From assembly GCA_951406725.2 (NCBI GenBank), contig OX597832.1, positions 8,804,001 through 8,868,000 of the forward strand: a stretch of 64,000 nt of DNA, in the 5' to 3' direction. The translations under genes and the position numbers were made by a program. The stretch comes from Octopus vulgaris (taxonomy: Eukaryota). The notes under the pieces were generated by a model. It ran no database searches. It saw nothing but the letters and a program-made list of their open reading frames with translations, and had not been told where the DNA came from. Numbering within the stretch: the first letter of the stretch is position 1; every line of letters starts with the position of its first letter. Positions 54,222-64,000 of this stretch are shown here, one piece after another.

Positions 54222-55689
54222 ACTCACTTGTTACTAAGCGTCAAACTAATACCTTTCTTGTATACGTCGTCTTCGTTGCTCGGTGCTTGAGATATATTGA
54301 CGCATGTAAATACGAAAATATAGCTATGTACACGCATGCATTAATACGTTTCTAGAGGCGGATGCTTGCATGTGGGCCCGAATGTGTAAACAATATAAAT
54401 GCACACAGATAAATACATATGAATGTGTTTATGTGTATATGTAAATTCTAATAGTGTGGGTCTGCATGTGGCTGTAGAATAAACATATATTTGTATATGT
54501 ATGTAAATACTTTTATAAGTAAGATTGTGTGTGACAATGGAAAAATATATGTATGAGTGTCTGTCTACGTATATATACAAATATATGTATATGTTGGCGC
54601 GTGTGCCAATACACCGCTTAATAAAGCTGGTCCAGTCGTCCGTAACCGACTCTAGATTGACTCCGCAGCTGGGAGTTAGATACCATTACATGGGAGTTAG
54701 TCAATATAATACGTTAACTCCCGCTCACACAATTTCAGGACCTGTGCTTCTAAAAGTAATGATTCAGCATCTCTAACTGAGGAACCAGCATTGCATCGAG
54801 GATGCGGATCATGAATTAAAAAACAAATAAATATTAGGTGTCCCCCAACCAAATGTATACATACACATTATAAACTCAGAGTACTTTAAAATATTCTACA
54901 GAGAGAATTTTTGTTTTCTTATGCTGGCCGCGTTTAAACTGACGATAATTCGTCGCCCTGATGATAAGAAGCAATACAAAAATAAACATGAAGAATCATA
55001 TCCTTCCAAATTTAGACGCCTTCTTCACTTGCTCTCTTAATCTTCAACATTTGCCAGTAGTTTTTCGAACGCATTATCCTTTAAATAATCCTATACAAAA
55101 ATTCTAGTGAAATGATGTCCGGTGAACGCATTTATTCTATTAAACCTCTTTGTTTCAAATTTGACAAAATCTCATGAAAGCAGCAAATACGTTACTATGA
55201 TAATGTTGAGGGGATCATTGTGCTGGAAATAAATCTACTCATCTTCAAAGAAAACTGTATAGCGTGATAGATTGTTAGATAAAGGAAGTCACACTGCCGT
55301 CAAAAGAGAATTGTCCAATTAAATATTTTGAGGATAAACCACACCATACTGTAAATCATAGTAAATGAACTTATCAAGAGTTTCGTCTGTAATATGCAGA
55401 CTCTTAGGTTTTCATTTAGTACAACAATGGTGATTAATTGAGTCATGTAAGCCTTTGTAGGAAAGTATTTTAATGCTGCACAAATGGGCAACTACCTCCC
55501 GAAAATCCTCATTCTGCTGTCCGATTCATCTTCATTGAGAGAATATACTAGTGGTTCTCAAAAAATCGCTTGCCTGTGGACCGTGTTGGTTACTATTTTA
55601 CACTAATAGCCCGTGACACAGAGTCTCTTCAGGCAAGATGTGACTAGAAAGTTGATGAGGATTAACAAATTCTAAACGATAATAATTTT

Positions 55690-56140
55690 ATAGTCGTAGG
55701 GCATGATGGGGAGGGGAGAAAGCATAATAAAGGAGAAAAATAGGAGGGGGAGGAAAGTTGTGGGAACAGGACAAAAGAGCGTAAAAGGAAGGAGATAGGT
55801 AAGAGAAATAAAAATAGTGGAGGTTGAAAGGAAACACTGGAGGTTAAGGTTGAAAGAAGGGGATAAAAGAAGAGAAAAGGTGAGAAAGGAAAACTTTTGA
55901 AAACAGAAAAAGGAAGAAGACAAGGAAAAGAAAAAGAAGAGAAGAAAAAATAATCTAAAAGAAGAGAAAATATGGAATAAGTGCTTGCTACTACAGAATG
56001 GATTAGCAAACAATGAACTATTAGAAATAATGAAGGAAAAGCAAAACAAGAAGAAAAGGAAAAATGGTGAAGAATGGCGACAAAGGGAAGAAGATAAAGA
56101 AAAGAAAATTTAAAAAAAGAGAAAAGATGAAACAGGTGTT
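55690..56140. repeat. Purine-rich low-complexity tract
   Basis: Almost entirely A/G on the + strand. Confidence 0.8.
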
Positions 56141-56419
56141 TATGTATACAGTATAGAATAACAAATAGTGAACTATTCGAGGTAATGAATGAAATGTAGC
56201 AGTTGAAATGGTAGGCTAAAGAATTAGGGATGGGCAAGAAGTTAAGCAAAGTATAGAATAGAATATTCTAGTGATGAATGAAGATCGAGAGGATTATAAA
56301 TAAAGTAGTAAAAATTACTATAAAACTTGGATATTTAATTGAACGGTGATCTTAACAACTGGGGTACGTTCTGATTTGAAGGAATGGTCGCAGGTCAATA
56401 AGAACAAAATAAAATGAAT

Positions 56420-56916
56420 CCTGTCTCAGTTAAATCTCTTGTGGTTCATGTGATCTGTAGTGCACTATTGTATTGCCTAAGTTTGCTTTGGAAGTGGTTG
56501 GAATTTCGGTCAGTTGATGACGACAGTTTCTTCAATGTCTCTGGGGGTTAACATTTCCACCACTGCAGCACAGTGCAATTGTCTTCTCAGATTATTTCCT
56601 TGTTTTAAAATGTGTGTACCAATAGAAACCCTAGTGCCATCTGCATAATGAACCTCTGGATCATAACTGAAAGCTGCTTCATAGAATTTCTTCTTTGAGC
56701 TGTTACAGATCTTCGTTCTGCAGTGGTGATCCTATTCCTTGTCAGTCGTGCATACTTCTGCTCACCACTTTCAGGTGGTTTAGCTTTTGTCATACACAAT
56801 GTATTTTTTTCTTGTTATGCTTCCCTTTATGCAGCTGTCTCTCTTTCTCTGGCCAGAGAAATACTTTTGGCTGACCTTGACATTTTCAACAAATTCGATA
56901 CTTACCTTCTAGGCAT
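56420..56916 (-). mobile_element. Helitron Rep/helicase N-terminal remnant
   Basis: MPRR..ARERETAA..ESGEQKYARL (charged helical repeats), LCCSGG, PETLKKL..SNHFQSKLRQYNSALQIT (compare the Helitron HF..NIR.YNSAFQMTS motif). Stops and frameshifts. Confidence 0.7.
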
Positions 56917-57059
56917 GGTTACATACGTATACACAAATACACGGGTGGAGAAGATAGTAAACAATGAAAATAACAGGCAACAGGACATTTTTTATTACGT
57001 CGGGTAGAAAGTAAATGAGAAATTGTTAGGGAAAATAAAGAATTGTACGAATTGAAGTG

Positions 57060-58272
57060 AAATTTGTCCCTTAATTAACCAAAGAGCCAGTGTGGTTTTC
57101 AATACCTCAAAACAACACTTATTGAAAGACAATATCCACCCTCACTTAACGACGAAGGAATTAAACGTGCCAAACAATTAGATACAAAATCACCAAGAAG
57201 AACATAACATAACACCACACCTCAACTCAAAACATTACTATTTATAACAACACACAACCCCAGAAATAGTGATGCATTCAACTCTATTGTGTAACTCTTT
57301 CTTTACTAACTAGAGATCCAAAAATGAACGAAATCCTGAAAACACACAAAGTCATCAAATGAAAAAACAAGACAAATCGCTAAAGAGACTACTAACAAAT
57401 GCGAAGCTTTACAAAACAACCACGAAACCAACGGTTGAAAAATGTGGACGCTCAAAATGTGGAACCTGCCCCAGCCTGCTTCAAGGCCGGATTTCCTTTT
57501 CAAACAAGGTCAGATGTTCACAATTATATCTAGTTTCACTTGTGCCGCTATGAACCTAATTTATTTAATGACCTGCTCGGGTTGCGGACAAAACTATATT
57601 GGACAAACGAGTATGACTTTGAGAAAGTGAACCACTCTACATAAAAAGTAAATCCGTCTCCCACAAGACAAATTCCTCTCAGTGACCATATAGAAACATG
57701 TGCAGGTAACATTAAAACAAATTTCAGAATCTTCCCTTTCTACCAGTGCAAAGACGCAATCTCTCAACTAGAACGTTTAAATAAAGAAACTTTTTTCATT
57801 GAAAAATACAAAACACGTCTTAATATGCACGCATAACCGACTTATATCTTTTTATATATTTCAATTCACGATTACATCACTGTACATAAATCCCCTACTA
57901 AACAAGGTTTTTGAAACTTATCTCTGTCTGTATAATCCCACCCATTACCGAAAGCTGAACAGTTATCTCCCTTACCCACAACGATAAAATAATAACGTCA
58001 ACCAATTACCTCCCTTTATTTATCTACTTGTGAAGTAATTCACACGGGAATTTCATCACACATAACATGGACAAAATTTCTTCTTAAAAAAAAATATATA
58101 CTCACATAAGTAAAACATAATATCATGAATTACGCTAGCGAAACCGGTCGATATATTAAAAATTATATTAAAACTATATAAGTGTGCGTATTTTCCTGTC
58201 TTAATTTCTTGTATACATTACAACTCACCACATGGGGATAATCGAAATTTCTCTTTTCTCTTACTACTACTA

Positions 58273-58275
<3 letters not shown>
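57060..58275 (+). mobile_element. Decayed Penelope-like element 3' part (Neptune/Naiad-type GIY-YIG) ending at (TA)n
   Basis: FITTHNPRN, KSLKRLLTNAK, linker CGRSKCGTC, FTCAAMNLIYLMTCSGCGQNYIGQT, PLSDHIETCA, EKYKTRLN, then 3' UTR with a decayed HHR (58120-58154). Confidence 0.85.
58120..58154 (+). ncRNA. Decayed hammerhead motif
   Basis: ATATC-atgaattacgctagc-GAAA-CCG-GTC-GATAT: 5-bp stem I, palindromic stem III ACCGGT and GUC intact; CUGANGA box mutated. Confidence 0.45.

Positions 58276-58337
<62 letters not shown>
58276..58337. repeat. (TA)n tract between two convergent PLE 3' ends
   Basis: Direct inspection. Confidence 0.95.
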
Positions 58338-58343
<6 letters not shown>

Positions 58344-58704
58344 AGATAGGGGTTGAAAATTCAACCCACCATGGGATAATATATATCCAATATACTGCTA
58401 GATAGGTACCCAACAAAATTAATACATAGATGTAAAAAATTGTCAAACAATCAGTTCATCTATTGTATTAAATGGGTAAAGGTAATAATATTACCGTAAA
58501 TTAATACTACAAAATTAGAGAATGGAGAAACATACTTAAATCAGTAAAACATCAACTATCCGATGATACTCAATCCATACTTTAATACACCATTACATAT
58601 GAGTAAAGGCAATATATAAAATGAAATGAGGTATACAGTAATAGTAAAAAGATAAAGAGATATAAGTAAAAAAATTTCAAATATAATATGCAAATAAATC
58701 AAAA

Positions 58705-58812
58705 CTGACAGCTGTTTCGGCAGTGAGGACAGTCATACCTCATTTAACCTATAAGCCATAAAGGCAGGTATACATGAGGCATTAACAAGGATGCCCCACG
58801 GCCTCTTCAGAG
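58705..58812 (-). ncRNA. Type I hammerhead ribozyme with long branched stem II
   Basis: CT-CTGAAGA-GGCcGTGGGG...CCTCACtGCC-GAAA-CAGCTG-TC-AG: canonical core, palindromic stem III ACAGCTGT, GUC triplet, weak stem I. Confidence 0.75.
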
Positions 58813-59151
58813 AATTAAATTAAATTTGTTATAATAGTGAAAAATATTATATAATCATATACATATAAATATAAAAATATAAAAATGTAAAATATAAAAA
58901 CTTATACATCATAATGCTACACTTATATAATATAATACACATTTGTACAAAAAAGGAAGGTAAACAGAACAAAATAAAACAAAATATATAACAGTGTATA
59001 TATTAATATTAATAAGTACCGATATTATACATATTTGGCTAATAGTTTTTTTTATAAAAAAAGGCTAACACATATGGAGATGAAAAATAATAATTAAATC
59101 CGTGGTACAGTTCATAAAATTCTAAAGCTATAAAAGTTAATAAAAATTACT

Positions 59152-59239
<88 letters not shown>

Positions 59240-60948
59240 TAATAAAAATAGATACAGTTAAGTTAGCACCAAGTCCATCCTTTCAAGATCGAAATAACTA
59301 TGAGTTAAGAAATGCTGACCACTAGGTAAAGAACATTTAGATTAATTCGATTGGCTATTGGTTTGAAATTTAAATCACAAAAGAAAATTATACGGTTGGT
59401 TAGTCAGGGAACGCCAATATTCACACACGCATCTACAGATCAATCGCACATACACACATAGTTATATGTATATACATACACTTATACACATACATAATCA
59501 CAAGCAACAACTAGCACTTAGATAAACAAAAAGGGAAGCAACTATGCTAACATTTAGTCCTTCAAAATTATAACTGTGCCCCAATAACAAAAAAAGAACC
59601 ATCCATGCATTCCATAAAATATTTAATTTAGATATAAATATATTTTTAAATATCAGTATGTTACTAATTCAGATAATTATTTCATGGGTAACTTAAAATT
59701 TATAACACCGGTTTGTTGCAGAGTAAACATACGGTTGTTAGGTTTATCGTAAGTTTGTTATGATTTTAAGTACGCTAAATTATAAAATATAAAATATAAA
59801 ATATATATTAATTTAAATATTATAAATAAGTCACTTATTAACTTAATAAATATAGTGCTATAATATACCAGTTTAGGCATTAAAGAATAGAAGGGGAAGT
59901 ATTAATGTAAACGCTTATGAGAACATCACAGAAATTTTAAATAAATTTTATATTATAAAGACTTAAGATGAAAAGAGATAAAATAAATAAGAAGGAATAA
60001 ATACGAAGGAATAAATACGGTTATACACATAATTATAAGTACAAACTAGTATATATGTATTCATATATTATTAAAATTAAATAAAAATAAATGATAGATA
60101 TGTATGTATAAAACTACCCCAGTATAAGTAAATAAGTAAAAAATAAATAGGTAACAAATTAGATGACTTGATATATATGTAAACATCTACACTTAAATAG
60201 GCAAATAAATAAATAAATAGAAGACTAGATGCAAAGATTGATAATATTACAATAAAATGGAAAATAAATAAAAAATAAATAAAGTGAATATATATGTTAT
60301 ATTGTTGAAAGTAAATATGTATGGAAGGATAGTTTAAAGTACAGATCCAGAGGACTATAGATATAAACTAAATATATGAGGCTGGTAATAATTATAAAGC
60401 AAAATGCATGTAAATGAGAAAATGAAAAAAATGAAAAAGGTTTATCAGTGAATAGCATAAAATACAAATTAAGGTGAGTACAAAATACCAAATATATAAT
60501 AAAAACCTTCCAAATAAACACATACAAAAAACCTATAATCTCAACCTAAACCCACCAAACTCACAAAAGGCTCTCATATATTACATATTATACAATATCA
60601 TTACATTATCCAGAGCTAGGTATCTAACCAAGATATACATATATACTATGCAATATACTATGCAATATTGGAAAACTTCAAAAATCACACATTACAAGGC
60701 AAATACCAAAATGAATATGTTATTTTATGTCATATTGCATTTCTCTTAAAAAACAAACAAAAACCCACATACAAAAAACAAGAAACCAATAATACTAGAC
60801 ACATCCATTAATTATTATACAAATGTAGCTATAAAAATTATAAAATTATAAAATTTATAAATTGTATACTTTAGAATTATAGAAGACCACAGGTATATTT
60901 AGTTAAAGAAGGGAATTAAAAAATTAATAATAGTGGAAGTGCTAAGTT

Positions 60949-62415
60949 CTATTTGAATCTAGAAAAGGTGAACGGTAGCCTATGAATACAAAAGAAGTTT
61001 TTTTCATTAATGTTGTTAATAATTAGCCGACCCGCTTTAATAATGAAGAAAATTTCATTAATACATAGAGAGCATTTTTATTTTTTCCATTATACACAGG
61101 TGCTGAAGTTAGTATTTTCCAGTTTAATCTAAAATCTAAGTTCTTACTTTTAAGTTCCCAAATGTATGCACTTAGCCCTGTAGAGTACATTCTATTTTTA
61201 TTCCTAAAAGTATATCTATGATAATTCCATCTTTGTTTTATGCTATTCATAGTTGCCCCGATATACACCCTACTACTCAATTGTGTATCTACAGTGCATT
61301 GGTAAACTACCTCCTTCCTGAGGCATTGATTACCAAATACACATTTATTTTTATTTCTGCAATTACAAAGATTAACAGAATGAGGAAATCTAAGATTGGA
61401 CACCACCCCTATACTACTATTCACATTATAAGTGTTACAATTGTTATCATCATCCAAACCCAAAATCAACGAATGAGTTAATTTCACATTATCGGCTATA
61501 TTCCTATCACTAGTACTAGTATTGGTAGTAGTAGTATGATCTATTACATTTATATTATCTCTGACAGGTATGGTGCACTCATTATTAGTAAGGAGGTTGT
61601 TCCCATTTGTTCCAAGAAAGTTTCTATTCCTATTATTAATGAAGAGGGGCAAGTTTTCCTGGTCTAAATTCAATTTTCTATCCTTATAGAAGTGATCCAG
61701 TTTCTTGTTATTAAAAGAGGAGATAATGGTGGCTAGATTATGAGTAATGCTATATCCCACTCTAACAGTACCGTTGTTAATTAAAGGACTAAATTTATTC
61801 CTATCCTTACCAAAATGCCTAAAAATAACATTATGCAAAGCTCTCACTATGTTTGTTTTAATCTGCATTGCATATGGGATAATCAACCAAAGAGTATCCT
61901 TATCAGAATTAGGATTGCCTATAGAATTAATGTTATTTGTAAAAATCCTATTCGTAGACCAACTCATAGGATTACTATTCTTACCACTGTCATTGTTATA
62001 TCTATCTATATCAATATTACCATGGTTATTGCGCAAGTAAACTTTACCATTATCATGTCTACCATAAGTTTTAATTCGTATATTATTATTAATATTACTA
62101 CTATTACCCGTATGTTTAGATCTATTTGAGCTACCGTTCACCTTTCCAAGGTTAACGTCACTTCTACATTTATTATAGGTGTTATCATATATTCTATTTT
62201 TACTATTCTTATGTATATTGTTGATTATCCTAAATCTATTTGTGTTGTTCCTGATAGTTCTACCTCCATTAAGGGGGTTCCCCTTAGGTATAAACCAAAT
62301 CTTACTTTTATATCCTGCCTTAAGCAATGCTGCATTGTATCTATCACAGTGTTTGTTAAAAATTTCCTCGTTTGAGGATAAACTAGAAATTCTCTGACTA
62401 ATGCTACGCACTAGT
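60949..62415 (-). pseudogene. PLE ORF C-terminal part: RT thumb, Asn-rich linker, GIY-YIG endonuclease
   Basis: 462-codon open frame 61023-62411. A 1-nt deletion at ~61075 shifts away the true C-terminus CSLCINEIFFI..NEKNFFCIH..FK* (stop at 60949). Confidence 0.85.
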
Positions 62416-62646
62416 GCATTTTTAATTTGAGGGGGTGATTACTAGAACGGTTAATGTATATTAGGTTAGAATTAGGTTTAATATAGGGTTCATGTAAACC
62501 ATTAGTAATGTTACAATTAACATCTAAATAATTAGCAGAATAATTTTCACTTTCAATGATAATGGATAGGCCGAAGCTTTTAAAAAATTTATTTATTCAT
62601 TTTTTCAGAAGATCTAATCTCCTATTTGATGTATTCCTAACACAAA

Positions 62647-64000
62647 ACTAGTGCGTAGCATTAGTCAGAGAATTTCTAGTTTATCCTCAAACGAGGAAAT
62701 TTTTAACAAACACTGTGATAGATACAATGCAGCATTGCTTAAGGCAGGATATAAAAGTAAGATTTGGTTTATACCTAAGGGGAACCCCTAATGGAGGTAG
62801 AACTATCAGGAACAACACAAATAGATTTAGGATAATCAACAATATACATAAGAATAGTAAAAATAGAATATATGATAACACCTATAATAAATGTAGAAGT
62901 GACGTTAACCTTGGAAAGGTGAACGGTAGCTCAAATAGATCTAAACATACGGGTAATAGTAGTAATATTAATAATAATATACGAATTAAAACTTATGGTA
63001 GACATGATAATGGTAAAGTTTACTTGCGCAATAACCATGGTAATATTGATATAGATAGATATAACAATGACAGTGGTAAGAATAGTAATCCTATGAGTTG
63101 GTCTACGAATAGGATTTTTACAAATAACATTAATTCTATAGGCAATCCTAATTCTGATAAGGATACTCTTTGGTTGATTATCCCATATGCAATGCAGATT
63201 AAAACAAACATAGTGAGAGCTTTGCATAATGTTATTTTTAGGCATTTTGGTAAGGATAGGAATAAATTTAGTCCTTTAATTAACAACGGTACTGTTAGAG
63301 TGGGATATAGCATTACTCATAATCTAGCCACCATTATCTCCTCTTTTAATAACAAGAAACTGGATCACTTCTATAAGGATAGAAAATTGAATTTAGACCA
63401 GGAAAACTTGCCCCTCTTCATTAATAATAGGAATAGAAACTTTCTTGGAACAAATGGGAACAACCTCCTTACTAATAATGAGTGCACCATACCTGTCAGA
63501 GATAATATAAATGTAATAGATCATACTACTACTACCAATACTAGTACTAGTGATAGGAATATAGCCGATAATGTGAAATTAACTCATTCGTTGATTTTGG
63601 GTTTGGATGATGATAACAATTGTAACACTTATAATGTGAATAGTAGTATAGGGGTGGTGTCCAATCTTAGATTTCCTCATTCTGTTAATCTTTGTAATTT
63701 CAGAAATAAAAATAAATGTGTATTTGGTAATCAATGCCTCAGGAAGGAGGTAGTTTACCAATGCACTGTAGATACACAATTGAGTAGTAGGGTGTATATC
63801 AGGGCAACTATGAATAGCATAAAACAAAGATGGAATTATCATAGATATACTTTTAGGAATAAAAATAGAATGTACTCTACAGGGCTAAGTGCATACATTT
63901 GGGAACTTAAAAGTAAGAACTTAGATTTTAGATTAAACTGGAAAATACTAACTTCAGCACCTGTGTATAATGGAAAAAATAAAAAATGCTCTCTATGTAT
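62647..64000 (+). mobile_element. Inverted duplicate of the PLE segment 61061-62415 (runs off the window end)
   Basis: Reverse complement of 61061-62415 with only a few differences seen (indel at ~62787, substitutions at ~63700 and ~63801, extra A at ~63986). Confidence 0.95.

Larger units (their letters stand above)
58338..62646 (-). mobile_element. 5'-truncated Penelope-like element with a ~2.6-kb 3' UTR
   Basis: NYLDVNC..PYIKPNS..SSNHP (62540-62435), RISSLSSNEEIF, CNCRNKNKCVFGNQC, VVYQC..VYIGAT..KQRWNYH, STGLSAYIWELK..WKIL. HHR at 58705-58812; ends on (TA)n. Confidence 0.92.

Noticed and set aside
54958-54965. Isolated CTGATGA (also at ~5395 and ~37500)
   Set aside because: No matching GAAA box or helices nearby.
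55662-56249. 195-aa hydrophobic F/L/S-rich ORF as a membrane protein
   Set aside because: Antisense reading of a purine-rich low-complexity tract.
57620-57650. In-frame TGA in the GIY-YIG as selenocysteine (as in some Naiad PLEs)
   Set aside because: It falls at the conserved Arg position (CGA>TGA decay), not a Cys position, and the copy has other stops and frameshifts.

Overview
AT-rich, microsatellite-dense eukaryotic DNA. The repeat families (tRNA-derived SINEs with internal microsatellites, RTE, CR1, R4/Dong, Penelope-like) resemble a coleoid cephalopod (octopus-like) genome; this is an inference, not a database match. No convincing host protein-coding gene was found, and most listed ORFs are translations of (TA)n or trinucleotide repeats. 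The window is mostly transposon remains: four Penelope-like elements (PLEs) or PLE ends, several R4/Dong-like RLE LINEs, RTE and CR1 3' fragments, a decayed Gypsy LTR element, a near-complete Tc1 (DD34E), Tc1, mariner and Helitron remnants, many SINEs and a 48-bp x ~30 minisatellite. The most striking hidden layer is about 12 type-I hammerhead ribozyme (HHR) motifs. They sit in PLE 3' ends and in 140-230 bp non-coding mini-elements, mostly inserted in (TA)n tracts. They include head-to-head double-HHR palindromes, recurrent non-canonical cores (CCGANGA, CUGUNGA), a compensatory G3-C8 core, and an HHR with an 85-nt branched stem II. Coordinates of decayed elements were read by eye and are approximate.
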